Shown here one piece after another: positions 38,753-49,080 of a stretch of 64,000 bases of DNA. Under the pieces are notes generated by a model. That model made no database searches. It saw only the letters and a program-made list of their open reading frames with translations, and was not told the origin of the DNA. A program made the position numbers and the translations under genes. Origin of the DNA: Myxococcales bacterium (lineage in GTDB: Bacteria > Myxococcota_A > UBA9042); NCBI GenBank assembly GCA_009692465.1, contig SHZD01000002.1, positions 1,284 to 65,283 of the forward strand. Direction: 5' to 3'. Numbering within the stretch: position 1 is the stretch's first letter; each line of letters starts with the position of its first letter.

Positions 38753-41224
38753 TTGGACCCCGCCGAATGCACGCGCCTGAGGTTTGCCCTGTCCTCGCCC
38801 ACACTTGGTCTTCGCCCATTGGCGCTGAGCGTGCTCCTGCTGTCGTTGGCGGCGCTGGCCCTTGAGCTGCTGATTACGCGGATATTCTCAGCAACACTAT
38901 ATTATCACTATGCATTTTTGGTGTTGTCGCTGGCAATGCTCGGTCTGAGTGCCGGCGGTCTATGGGTGTACCTGCGCGATCCGCCCAAGCTGGGCTTGGG
39001 TCAGCGACTGGCCCACTTGGCCGTTGGATTTGCCCTATCGGCGGTGCTAGCCACCGGTCTGCACTTGTGGCTGCCGCACGGTTCGCTGCCCGAGGCGTTG
39101 CACTTGTTTGTCAACTACGTGGCCTTTGCGGTGCCGTTTGGCTTTGCCGGCGCGTTTTTCGCCGATGCATTTGCCGAAAATCAACAGGCGATCGGCAAAC
39201 TGTATGCCGCTGATTTGATTGGCGCTGCGCTAGGGGCAGCGGCCGCGGCTGGCTTGCTGGCGGTGCTCGATGGCCCCAGCGCGGTCATCGCCGTCGCCTT
39301 GGTCGGCCTGCTGCCAGCCTTAATCTTGCCCGAGCGCCGGGCGTGGCCCAGTGGGGTTGCCGCCTTGCTTTTGGTCGGGCTGGCCCTAAATTTGACCTCG
39401 CCATGGTTTCGAATTCGTTGGGTAAAGGGTCGGCCATGGGCGATGCAGCAGACCACGCTCGAGCGTTGGAACGCGTTCAGCTACATTCAAGTCGAGGCCG
39501 AGCGCGCGCCCGGCTACCCATCGTGGGGGGCCAAACCGCGGCCCACCGATCCTAAGGTCCGTTTTGTCAATTTGTCGATTGATGCGGGCGCCGGCACCTG
39601 GGCTGTTCAGCGCAGCGACGACCGCACCGGTCTCAGCTATCTCGAAACCGACGTCGCCAACTTTGCCTACCACGCGCGGACGCCCGAAACCGTACTGACT
39701 ATCGGCGTGGGCGGCGGTCGCGACATCGCCACTGCCCTCTATTTTGGCGCCAAACAAGTGACAGGCGTCGAGATCAACCCGATTTTTGACGAACTGCTGC
39801 GCACGCGTTTCGCTCAGTTCACCGGCCACCTCGCCACCGATCCGCGGGTGCGGGTGGTCATCGATGAAGGGCGTTCGTGGCTGCAAGCGTCCGGCCAGTC
39901 CTTTGATCTGATTCAAATGTCGCTGGTCGACACCTGGGCGGCAACGGCGGCCGGGGCCTATGTGCTGTCGGAAAATACGCTTTACACCGTTGAAGCGATG
40001 CAGACATTTTTGCAGCACCTGACGCCGAACGGCATGGTGGCCATTTCGCGTCACAGTTTCGTGCCGCCCAATCAATTGCTGCGAGTGGTGACCACTGCCC
40101 GCGAAGCGATGCGCCAAATGGGGATCGCCGACTTTGGCGAGCGCGTCGCCGTGTTGCGCATGGAGCACCATCGCAACGAGGGCACCGGGGTGTGCCTGCT
40201 CAAGCGCAATCCATTTACCGCCGGCGAAGTTGCGGCGCTGCGGCAGGCGGCGACGGCGATGGGCATGGAGGTCGTGTACCTGCCCCGCGAGCCAACCGCC
40301 GACACGTTGAGCGCGAAGATCTATCGCCAATTCATCCTGACCGCCGATCCGGCGCCGCTGTTGGCCGCTTACCCCTACGATCTGGAGCCGTCGACCGACG
40401 ATTGGCCCTTCTTTTTCCACATTTCGCGCCTTGCGGACATCGTCAAGTCTGGATTCGGGTTTGCCAAAGTGGCGTCGCTGGGGCCGGCTCAAGAACAAAA
40501 TATCCACGCCGTCGCGCTGCTATTTCAGGTTCTGGTCTTGGTGACGCTGCTGACGGCGGCGGTGATTCTGTGGCCGCTGCTGCGCGGGCTGCGCGCGAGA
40601 GGTCAAGCGAGCGGTCACAATTCGGCACCCTTGCGCTGGCGATTGACCTATTTCGCCGCGCTCGGTGGCGGGTTCATGTTTGTCGAAGTGCCGTTAGTGC
40701 AACGCTTTGCCGTCTACTTGGGCCACCCGATCTTGGCCTTGGCCGTGGTGTTGTCGGCGCTGCTGCTGTTTTGCGGACTGGGCGCGCTGTGGCTCGGTAG
40801 CGTTGCGGAACATCAACTTGCGCGGCTGCGCATGCCGTTGCTGCTAGCGATTGCCGCCCTGACCATCGGCGGCGCTTTGGGGCTCGATTCGGCACTTGCG
40901 GCGGGTCGCGCTTTCCCGACTGCAGTGCGAATCGCCATTTCGGTCGCGCTTTTGGCCCCCGCTGGTTTGCTGCTCGGCACCGCGTTTCCCTTGGGAGTGC
41001 GCACCCTTTTGGGCGCGCGGCCGCACGAGTTGGCGTGGCACTGGGGGGTGAACGGCGCATGCGGAGTGCTCGGTTCGGTGGCAGTGATGGCGTTGGCCAT
41101 TTACACCGGCTTTGCCGCGGCGCTGGTGCTGGGCGCGGCCATGTATTTGCTGGCGGCGTTGGCTATGCGCAGAGCGCTGGTTGGCGAATTACCCAGTAGT
41201 TCTCTAGATATCCCGCAGCAGTAG
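38753..41224 (+). CDS. Multi-TM protein with a central spermidine-synthase-like SAM-binding domain
   Basis: TM blocks around IGVGGGRD, GVEINP, DEGRS, FDLIQ, ENTLYTVEA, TDDWPFF. Confidence 0.88.
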   Translation: MDPAECTRLRFALSSPTLGLRPLALSVLLLSLAALALELLITRIFSATLYYHYAFLVLSLAMLGLSAGGLWVYLRDPPKLGLGQRLAHLAVGFALSAVLATGLHLWLPHGSLPEALHLFVNYVAFAVPFGFAGAFFADAFAENQQAIGKLYAADLIGAALGAAAAAGLLAVLDGPSAVIAVALVGLLPALILPERRAWPSGVAALLLVGLALNLTSPWFRIRWVKGRPWAMQQTTLERWNAFSYIQVEAERAPGYPSWGAKPRPTDPKVRFVNLSIDAGAGTWAVQRSDDRTGLSYLETDVANFAYHARTPETVLTIGVGGGRDIATALYFGAKQVTGVEINPIFDELLRTRFAQFTGHLATDPRVRVVIDEGRSWLQASGQSFDLIQMSLVDTWAATAAGAYVLSENTLYTVEAMQTFLQHLTPNGMVAISRHSFVPPNQLLRVVTTAREAMRQMGIADFGERVAVLRMEHHRNEGTGVCLLKRNPFTAGEVAALRQAATAMGMEVVYLPREPTADTLSAKIYRQFILTADPAPLLAAYPYDLEPSTDDWPFFFHISRLADIVKSGFGFAKVASLGPAQEQNIHAVALLFQVLVLVTLLTAAVILWPLLRGLRARGQASGHNSAPLRWRLTYFAALGGGFMFVEVPLVQRFAVYLGHPILALAVVLSALLLFCGLGALWLGSVAEHQLARLRMPLLLAIAALTIGGALGLDSALAAGRAFPTAVRIAISVALLAPAGLLLGTAFPLGVRTLLGARPHELAWHWGVNGACGVLGSVAVMALAIYTGFAAALVLGAAMYLLAALAMRRALVGELPSSSLDIPQQ

Positions 41225-41295
41225 TTCCGCGCGGTCGCCATTGCCCGACGCTGGTGAACCTGGGAACTCAGGTTGCGGCCGCTATCACTTCGGCT

Positions 41296-41502
41296 CTAGG
41301 AGCCTGTCGGAAATCAATCGGTTGTGAAATGTCTATCAGGTTATAGACAATGAATCTAGTACGATCCAACGGGCTCCTAGCCAGTCAACTATTCTCAACT
41401 GTCCGAGAACTGCCCAGAGTGAATCCGTGCAGTTTCGGACAGTTGCCGCCGTCTAGCCAGACGGCGCTAGGAGCGAGTCGGAATTCTCCGACACGCTCCT
41501 AG
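41296..41502 (+). mobile_element. Element A copy 5 (207 bp), between convergent genes
   Basis: Same termini and core as the other copies. Confidence 0.9.
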
Positions 41503-41563
41503 GCGCAGGCTGCACCAAGGCCCGGACAGTTCGTCAACCAAAGCAACAATTCCCAGCAGTTGC

Positions 41564-42850
41564 CTAGTGGCCCATTAGCGATTGGCACCAGGCAAGGTTT
41601 GCTTGAGCCAGACGCAGGCTTTCGCCGCGCTGGATCGCCTGCGCAAAAGCCGGCGCCGCTTGGTCACAGCGGCCCTCCCGCGCCCACAACACGCCCGCCA
41701 CAAAGCTAGCTGGATAGGTCGGATCCGCCGCCACCATGGTCTGGATCAGCTCCAGCTTGCGCTCGACCCGCAGGCCGGCGTGGGCCTCAATGCGAAAACG
41801 CAGCAGCAGCGCTTGCAGGTCGGTGGCAAGGTGCGGAGCTTGCCGCACCCGCACGGCGAACTGCAAAAAGCGCGACTGAGCGAGCGCTTGCACCACCAGT
41901 TGGGCCGCCACAGTCAAGCCCTGCCCCTGTCCTTGCCCCTGTGAGTGCGCAGCAAGCCCAGAGTCCGCCAACAGCTTGATCAAGCCCGGCGCCAGCGCCT
42001 GCAGGGCAGCTGCCTGCGGATCCGCCATCCCATCACGAACTTGCACTTGCCGTAGCTGAGCGCCTGCGACCACTTGGCCAAAAATGTGAGCGACGTCGCG
42101 CCCCCAACGCACGGCCATGGCCTGCACAGCTTGAACACCATGCAGTTCAGCGATGGTGCGCACCGTCTCTTCAATTTGACCTAGAATCTGCCGCGCTTGG
42201 CTGTCGTGTTGGACCTGTACCGTACCCATTTGCGCTTCGAGCGCCAGCCACTGGGCGACGTTCTTGCGCAAGCCAGCTTCTTGGCCGCGGGCTTGCTCGG
42301 TCTGCCGGCCGGCGTCAGCGGCGAGCAGTCGATCATCGCGCCGCACGATTTCATCCAGTTCGCGCTCGTCACTGTGCCAAAAGGTCAGCTGCAGTTGCGG
42401 CTGTAGCTCCCGTTTGACCCCTGGTGCCACCGCGATCGCCAGCGCGCAAGTCGCCACCAACAGGGCCAATGTCGTCGCCACCAATCCGCGCGGAGGGATC
42501 AAGGCCGGCTCAATCAGACCGTCGCTTGCGGCAGTTTGGGCACCGTCCGCTGGCGCTGCGTCTGCTGATTGCGCCCTTGCGGCGGCCGGCGGTTCCACTG
42601 GTCCAGCCGCAGTTCCAGTCTCAGCTCCAGCCGCAGTTCCAGTCCCAGCTCCAGTCTCGGCTCCAGTCTCGGCTCCAGTCTCAGCTCCAGTCCCAGCTCC
42701 AGTCTCGGCTCCAGTCTCGGCTCCAGTCTCGGCTCCAGTCTCAGCTCCAGTCTCAGCTCCAGTCCCAGCTTCAGCCACAGATTCACTTGCAGGTTCAGCC
42801 ACAGGCGTCTGCGGCAATTCGGGCTCTGGCGTCATCGGGTCGTCGGACAT
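41564..42850 (-). CDS. Membrane protein with an (AETG)n N-terminal repeat and a C-terminal TPR-like helix pair
   Basis: 12-bp repeat array at about 42610-42770, one TM, overlaps the upstream TlpA gene. Confidence 0.75.
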   Translation of the reverse strand: MSDDPMTPEPELPQTPVAEPASESVAEAGTGAETGAETGAETGAETGAETGAGTGAETGAETGAETGAGTGTAAGAETGTAAGPVEPPAAARAQSADAAPADGAQTAASDGLIEPALIPPRGLVATTLALLVATCALAIAVAPGVKRELQPQLQLTFWHSDERELDEIVRRDDRLLAADAGRQTEQARGQEAGLRKNVAQWLALEAQMGTVQVQHDSQARQILGQIEETVRTIAELHGVQAVQAMAVRWGRDVAHIFGQVVAGAQLRQVQVRDGMADPQAAALQALAPGLIKLLADSGLAAHSQGQGQGQGLTVAAQLVVQALAQSRFLQFAVRVRQAPHLATDLQALLLRFRIEAHAGLRVERKLELIQTMVAADPTYPASFVAGVLWAREGRCDQAAPAFAQAIQRGESLRLAQANLAWCQSLMGH

Positions 42851-43509
42851 TGGGCCGCCAGCCAGCGTCGCATTTTGGCACTGGTCCATTTCTGCCCCGC
42901 AACAAAGCGCGCTCGCACCTTGCCCTCGCTCAGCACCCACGTTTCGGGCAGTTTTTCGCTGCCAAACCGCACCCGCAACATCTTGTCGGCCTGACCAGAT
43001 TGGCCTTGCGGATCGCGCAACCAACTGCCCGAGGGCGGCGCGATAGTTGCCAGCGTCCGCTGCAGCGTGGAGTCCGCTGCCGCCCACTCATCGTCGTACG
43101 ACACCGCCACCACTTTGCAATTGCGGCCCTCGGCACTGTCGGCTAATGCCGCGATTTCAGGCAGTTCGTCGATGCACGGCGGGCACCACGAGGCCCAAAA
43201 ATGCAGCAGCACCGTGTCGTGCTTGGCCAGCAATTCGCGCAGCGAGGTCGTTTTGGCTGCGGCAGCGCCGATCGGACGCAGTTCTAGCGCCACGTCGAGC
43301 TCGCCGGCCTGCAGCGGCCGGTCAAAAGTCTCCGCCCCAAGCTCGGAGGCTATGCGAACCGCGCGCGTGTGACTGGCGGCTGGTGTCACGACCCGCCACC
43401 CAACCAAGGCCATGGCAAGGACCACTAACCCAAAGCCTAAGCGCGTTCGATAGGCGGGCAACACTGCCGGTGTCAGCGACGGAGTGGATGGGGCTGCGGG
43501 TGAAGTCAT
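42832..43509 (-). CDS. TlpA/ResA-family thiol-disulfide oxidoreductase
   Basis: TM anchor, LLHFWASWCPPCIDELP, KLPETW. Confidence 0.9.
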   Translation of the reverse strand: MTSPAAPSTPSLTPAVLPAYRTRLGFGLVVLAMALVGWRVVTPAASHTRAVRIASELGAETFDRPLQAGELDVALELRPIGAAAAKTTSLRELLAKHDTVLLHFWASWCPPCIDELPEIAALADSAEGRNCKVVAVSYDDEWAAADSTLQRTLATIAPPSGSWLRDPQGQSGQADKMLRVRFGSEKLPETWVLSEGKVRARFVAGQKWTSAKMRRWLAAQCPTTR

Positions 43510-43724
43510 CGTCGCCAAAGGCTGTGGGTCGGCCTGCCGCCGATTTTGACCGGTTCTGCGCCTTACAGCAAGCGCCGCGTGGTGTTCAGATCCAGCTACT
43601 GAGCTTGAATGCTCCGCAATGTCACAGACTTTTCAGGCTGAGAGGCGCTCGTTGGCCGGCGCTACCCAACCGCACGTGAAACAGGCACCATCGCGGCCCG
43701 CCCACTCGAGGCGGCTGCGCAAAC

Positions 43725-45344
43725 ATGCAACGACATCAGGGGCGCACCGCCCGCCAAACCCGCATCGTAGCTACGATTGGCCGCGCCCCCGATGGCGACT
43801 GGCCGCCGTTTTTGAGCCAGCTGTGCGCGGCCGGCGCCGACGTCTTGCGCCTCAATTTCTCCCATGCCGATGCCGATTACGCCAAGGAACGCGTGGTGTT
43901 GCAATGGGCAAATCAACCGACCCCCAACCTTGAAGCTCCGCGTGTCGCCACCATGGCCGACTTGCAGGGTCCCAAATGCCGCATCGGCGCTCTGGGCTCG
44001 GACGGCTTGACGCTGATCGAAGGGGGTCTGGTTGCCCTAGTTGCCGATTCGGATTCAGACACCGCGATTGCCGCCACGGCCGCCATCGGCGTTGGCGTCA
44101 TCGTGCCAGTCCCGCAACCGACCGCCGGCTGTCTGATCAATGGGTTGCGCGCCTATTTGGCTGAACATCCCGATGAGCAGCCGACAATTCTGTTTGGCGA
44201 CGGTGACTTGGTGGTTCAAGTGAGCCATTTGCTTGGCGACGCCGTGATCACCACCGTGGTCGCGGGGGGCGTCCTAGGGAGCAAGAAAGGGCTGACGGTG
44301 CGCGAGATCGATCTCGATCTGGATCCGTTTCCTGAAAAGGACCAAAACGACCTGTTGTTTGCGCTGGATCACGCGGTCGATTTCGTCGCGCTGTCGTTTG
44401 TCCGCAGCCCCGCCGACCTGCACCGGGTCCGCGCCTTTATCGACCTCAACCTGCGCGCTGGTCATCCGGCCCCGCGCTTAGTGGCGAAGATAGAAACGCT
44501 TGCCGCCGTCCACAACATCGAACCCATCTTGCAGGCGGCCGACGGCATCATGGTTGCCCGCGGCGATTTGGGTTTGCAGCTTGGTTTTGACGAAGTGCCC
44601 GCGGTGCAAAAGTTTTTGGTCGATGCCGCCCGCCGCCATGGGCGTCCGTGCATTGTCGCTACCCAGATGCTCGAGTCGATGATCACGGCGACCCTGCCAA
44701 CGCGTGCCGAAGCGACCGATGTTTTCAATGCGATTCTCGACGGCGGCGACGCGGTCATGCTGTCCGGCGAAACGTCGGTTGGGTCTCGGCCGTGTCTAGT
44801 GGTGCAAACTATGGACCAAATTGCGCGCAAAGCAGAGCAATTTCGTAGTGCTCAGCGCCATACCCGTCCATCGTTGGCGTTGCCGCCGGCGGAGAATTCG
44901 GGCCACGTCGAGCGCATCAATGCCGAGTTTGCGCGCACGGCAGTTCAGTTTGCCGAAAGCCTACCGGCGTTCGCCATCGCTTGTTTTACCCGAACTGGCA
45001 ATACGCCGGAACGCATTAGTCGCTTTCGCCCGCCGGTCCCGATCATGGCGTTTTGTGCCACCGAGCGCACCGCTCGCCAGAGCTTGTTGTACTGGGGAGT
45101 TCACCCCTTTGTTCTTCAAGGGTTTGATGCTAAACAGGATCGCATGGCCATGATGGTCCAACGCGCGCGCACGATCTTGCGCGAGCATTACCACATGGGT
45201 GCTGGCGATGCCTTGGTTCTGACCGCCGGGGTCGACTGGGTGCGCGGCGGCACTAACGTGCTGCAAGTGTTGATCGAAGACCACGCGGCTGCGGTGGTGG
45301 CTAGCGATCTGGTCAACGGGGTTGGCGAGGCATCGCCGAATTAG
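43725..45344 (+). CDS. pyk: Pyruvate kinase
   Basis: RLNFSH, DLQGPK, AKIET, MVARGDLG, ATQMLESM, PTRAEATDV, MLSGET. Confidence 0.96.
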   Translation: MQRHQGRTARQTRIVATIGRAPDGDWPPFLSQLCAAGADVLRLNFSHADADYAKERVVLQWANQPTPNLEAPRVATMADLQGPKCRIGALGSDGLTLIEGGLVALVADSDSDTAIAATAAIGVGVIVPVPQPTAGCLINGLRAYLAEHPDEQPTILFGDGDLVVQVSHLLGDAVITTVVAGGVLGSKKGLTVREIDLDLDPFPEKDQNDLLFALDHAVDFVALSFVRSPADLHRVRAFIDLNLRAGHPAPRLVAKIETLAAVHNIEPILQAADGIMVARGDLGLQLGFDEVPAVQKFLVDAARRHGRPCIVATQMLESMITATLPTRAEATDVFNAILDGGDAVMLSGETSVGSRPCLVVQTMDQIARKAEQFRSAQRHTRPSLALPPAENSGHVERINAEFARTAVQFAESLPAFAIACFTRTGNTPERISRFRPPVPIMAFCATERTARQSLLYWGVHPFVLQGFDAKQDRMAMMVQRARTILREHYHMGAGDALVLTAGVDWVRGGTNVLQVLIEDHAAAVVASDLVNGVGEASPN

Positions 45345-45472
45345 CGTTTGGCCACTCAAGGGTCCATTGCCCGCGCCAAAATCACCGCCGCCCCGCTTTG
45401 CTCTTGCCAACCCCACGTTTTCTCGCTACACCCAAGGCTAGCCTGCCAGTGTGCGGCCCCTCGGCAAGACGG

Positions 45473-46519
45473 ATGCACGTATCGCCTTTTTCGCTTCGCC
45501 GTCTCGCCTTGTTCGGGGCGATGTTGACCGGTTGGAGCGCTTGTTCGGACTCCAAAGCTGGGCCATCTGTCGGTTCAAAGGCAGTGGCCGCCGGCGACAC
45601 CACAGGGACCGAGTCCGGCGACGGCATCGGCGGGGACGGCAGCGGCAATACTGGCAACGGCAACGGCGACAGCAGCGGTGGCTCTGGCTATTCGGCGCTC
45701 GACCCGGCGGTCAAGGGCAATTGGATGAAGCCGATTTTGGGCAATTGCATCAACGCCGAAGAGTGGTTGGTGTTGGCGCCACCCGAGACGCTAGTGCGCA
45801 CGCTCATCGATCGCAACGACTGCGGGCCCCATTCGTTGGCTAAAGTCGCCGGGACTATGAAGATCCTGCCCAATCAGATCCTCGAGCTGACGTTTCAGGA
45901 TAAGGCCGCTTATCAACAATGGAAACGCACCGCGGCGGTCCTCGATTCTGTGGTCGGCGTGCCCGAGCCGCAATTGGCGGACCCCAACTACAAGCGTGGC
46001 AAGCGCGGCCTGACGATGCTCGCGTTCGTGCGCGGGACCACGGGCGGCCCCTTTGTGCGCAGTGACATCCATCAAACCGTTATCGAAAAGCCCAAACCTT
46101 TGGATACCAAGACCACCACCAATGTCCAGCTTTTGATATCGCCGCCGCCCGATACTGCTCAAGATGGCCAGGCCTGCACGATGAGCGCGACCATTTCGGC
46201 CCAATACGAGCCGGGCGGCACCGAAAAGATCACCTACGGCAGCGAAAAACTGGACTTGCCGTGCCATTTTTCCGTCGACAAGAACACCGGTTGGCTGCGC
46301 ATCGTCGCCGACGGCCATGAGACTTCGCTGGCCTGGGACAAGCTATTTGAATCCAAAGGCTTGTGGAAAAAATACTCGAGCCAAGTGGGTCAATTGCTCT
46401 ACGACAGCTTTCGGCCCAACTTGCTCCAACCGCCTGAACAGCGCGGGGTCTTAGTGTCGCTGGCAACGCTGGGCTGGTACTACGAATTCATCAACGAAGC
46501 GCCAACTTCGGTCAAGTAG
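45473..46519 (+). CDS. Putative lipoprotein
   Basis: Signal peptide ending WSAC, Gly/Ser linker. Confidence 0.75.
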   Translation: MHVSPFSLRRLALFGAMLTGWSACSDSKAGPSVGSKAVAAGDTTGTESGDGIGGDGSGNTGNGNGDSSGGSGYSALDPAVKGNWMKPILGNCINAEEWLVLAPPETLVRTLIDRNDCGPHSLAKVAGTMKILPNQILELTFQDKAAYQQWKRTAAVLDSVVGVPEPQLADPNYKRGKRGLTMLAFVRGTTGGPFVRSDIHQTVIEKPKPLDTKTTTNVQLLISPPPDTAQDGQACTMSATISAQYEPGGTEKITYGSEKLDLPCHFSVDKNTGWLRIVADGHETSLAWDKLFESKGLWKKYSSQVGQLLYDSFRPNLLQPPEQRGVLVSLATLGWYYEFINEAPTSVK

Positions 46520-46612
46520 AACGCCCGCGCAGTCCATACTGAGGGTCATCGCGGTCCGCGTAAGCGCCAAGTCGCGCTCCATAGCGTCTTGGTGGCTGAG
46601 TCGGCTAAACGG

Positions 46613-48880
46613 CTACTTCCACTCAAATTTTGCGGGATTCCACGTTTTCCACGTGCCCTGCATGTTTTGCTGCAAGTCGCGGGTGCCCGCCGGGGTGCGA
46701 AACTCCACGGTTTTGAATAGCGCTTTGAGTTTGTCGTCCGGCTGGCGTTTGGCCAGATCGCCTTCTTCGATTTGGTAAAACGTAGCCGTCATGTGAGCGG
46801 CATCAGCCTGCATCACCATGAAACCATTGAGGTCCACTCGACAATAGCCCAAGTTGGGGTTCACAGGGGCGGTGCCCACCCCCAACAAGAAATTGTTGGC
46901 CGTATACGCCAAGTTGGCTGCTCCAGCGTCTCGAAGCGCCTGGTCGCTGTTGGCTTGCCGAATCAGCAAGGTTTGGTAGGTCCCCGACGAAATGGCGCCA
47001 GTCACGAATTCGACCAGCTTTTGAGTGGCGTCGCCATCCCGCATCGGTGTCCCGGCGAAAAAGGCATGAATATCGCCAGAAACCACCACTGAATTGACGA
47101 CTTTGGCCAGTGTTTCCAAGATTTGATCGCGGCGGTTCGGCATGCCATCCCAGTCCTCCGCCGACAACAAGAAGCGCTGGCGAAAGGCCGCCGGCAGCGA
47201 GTCAATGCCCGACAAGTCAATTTCGCGTCGCTGAAGGGTGTACTCGTTGCCCCACACTTTCCACGTCTGCGCCGCTTCGGTCATCGACTTGACGAACCAA
47301 GCTTGCTGTTCGTCGCCCATCGCCTGCTCGCTGGCGCCCTTGGTCTGGGCCCAGCGCATCTTGGCGTACAGCTCAAAAGGGGTACGCGACACCAAATAGC
47401 GAGTACCCAGCGCGCTGTAGCCGCTCAATTTGAGCATTTGTTGAAACGACACGCCCTTGAGCATCTTGGCCAATTCGGCGTCGGCGATCATGGGCGGAGC
47501 GCCGGCGACCTTAGCCAAGTCCTTGAGGCGGGCGTTGATCCACAGTGCCGACACCGGCCCCGCTACCGTCGCCGCCGAGATTTTGAGGTCCTTGGCGTTG
47601 TCTTTGAAAAACTTCGCATACTTGCCGCCCTCAAAATCATCAATCTTCACATAAGGCTGGGCATCGTCTGGCACTTTGCCGGCATACAGCTTGAGGGCCT
47701 CATCGTCCAGCGCAATGGCGCCGGGCAGCGCGTCCTCGGGCACCACATGGTCCGAGCGATAGCGACGCAAATCGGTCATCGCCAAGTGCAGGTGCTTGCC
47801 GAATTTGAAATCTCGGTAAATCTTTAGGTTATTTGGAAACGCCGCCTTGGGGTCAAACTCAAAATCGGCTCCCGCGGCGAAATCTACTGGCATATATTCA
47901 AACCACGCCTGATCAGCGGCAGAGCGGCGCGCAGGATCGTTTTCGTCTTTAGTTCCATCGAAATACGTGGCGTTCGCCTGCCAGCAGTCGTCGCTGAACT
48001 CGTGGTCGTCCCAAATCGCGATCATCGCGAACCGCTCGTGCATCTGCTGCAGGTCGGCATCGCTGCGGTACACCTTGTATAAGTCGCGATAGTTGCTCAA
48101 CGACTTCGCGGCGAAAAAGGCGTCCTTGGTGTTGGCGTTGAAGGCAATGGCGCTGGCCGGGTCGCTGAACTTGACGACCCGATCGGGAGTCTTGTCCTGA
48201 AATTCTGGATTACCAGTTGTTTCATAGACATAGTCGCCCAAATGGATGACAAAGTCCAGGTCTTCCTGATTCAATCTTGCGTAACTATTGTAGTACTTGC
48301 CGTTGAAGTCCTGGCACGACACCACGGCAAATTTGACGGCCACGTCAGCCGTCGCCGCAGCCGCTGTCTTGAAACGACCCACTGCCGTTTTATGGGCGCC
48401 ATTGGCAGTGGCAAAGCGATACCAATACAACGTGGCCGGCGCAAGTCCGGTCAGCCGGACCTTGGCACAGCCGTCGTGGTTGGCCGTTGCCGTGATGCCT
48501 TTGCTCGGTTTGCCACCAAACTGGACTAAAGTCTTCAATTCCTTGTCCGTTGCCACGGACAACTCCAGTGCGACGTCCGCGGTGGGTTTTGCAGGATCCA
48601 CCGCGCGCACCCACACAATTGCCCCGTCGGCGCGCGGATCGCCCGAACAAATCGACTGTGGAAAGAAGGCCTTGTCCCCGCCGCTAGCAACCGCCGCATC
48701 GCCAGCAGTTTCGGTACTGCCATCGACTGCCGCTGCGTCAGTTGCGCCGGTATCCGCGGTCGAACGCGCATTTGCACCCGCATCCGTTGCCGGTGCCGTC
48801 GGTTTGGGGTCGTCAGCGCATTTGGCCAAAGTGGCGCCGGCAGCGACCACGGTGGCGCGAAGGAAAGCGCGGCGTTGCAT
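46613..48880 (-). CDS. phoD: PhoD-family alkaline phosphatase with a Tat signal
   Basis: MQRRAFL, SGDP, SCQ, HLGDYVYE, IWDDHE, DLRRYRS, WDG, SGDIH. Confidence 0.93.
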   Translation of the reverse strand: MQRRAFLRATVVAAGATLAKCADDPKPTAPATDAGANARSTADTGATDAAAVDGSTETAGDAAVASGGDKAFFPQSICSGDPRADGAIVWVRAVDPAKPTADVALELSVATDKELKTLVQFGGKPSKGITATANHDGCAKVRLTGLAPATLYWYRFATANGAHKTAVGRFKTAAAATADVAVKFAVVSCQDFNGKYYNSYARLNQEDLDFVIHLGDYVYETTGNPEFQDKTPDRVVKFSDPASAIAFNANTKDAFFAAKSLSNYRDLYKVYRSDADLQQMHERFAMIAIWDDHEFSDDCWQANATYFDGTKDENDPARRSAADQAWFEYMPVDFAAGADFEFDPKAAFPNNLKIYRDFKFGKHLHLAMTDLRRYRSDHVVPEDALPGAIALDDEALKLYAGKVPDDAQPYVKIDDFEGGKYAKFFKDNAKDLKISAATVAGPVSALWINARLKDLAKVAGAPPMIADAELAKMLKGVSFQQMLKLSGYSALGTRYLVSRTPFELYAKMRWAQTKGASEQAMGDEQQAWFVKSMTEAAQTWKVWGNEYTLQRREIDLSGIDSLPAAFRQRFLLSAEDWDGMPNRRDQILETLAKVVNSVVVSGDIHAFFAGTPMRDGDATQKLVEFVTGAISSGTYQTLLIRQANSDQALRDAGAANLAYTANNFLLGVGTAPVNPNLGYCRVDLNGFMVMQADAAHMTATFYQIEEGDLAKRQPDDKLKALFKTVEFRTPAGTRDLQQNMQGTWKTWNPAKFEWK

Positions 48881-49080
48881 GGGAAACCTCAAAGATGTGG
48901 CGAGCGCAGCATAGTGCGCTTGGCTGGCCACTGGCAAACCTGCGGAATCGAGACCGGTCGCCCAGGCGCATGCCAGCGAAAAATCGGCGACTACCACCAA
49001 AAAATAAATGTAAACTGGCTCTTAGAAGTTGCCCGCCGCCCCAATGACTCGATCGACCTTGGTTGGACCCAAGGCGGTGG

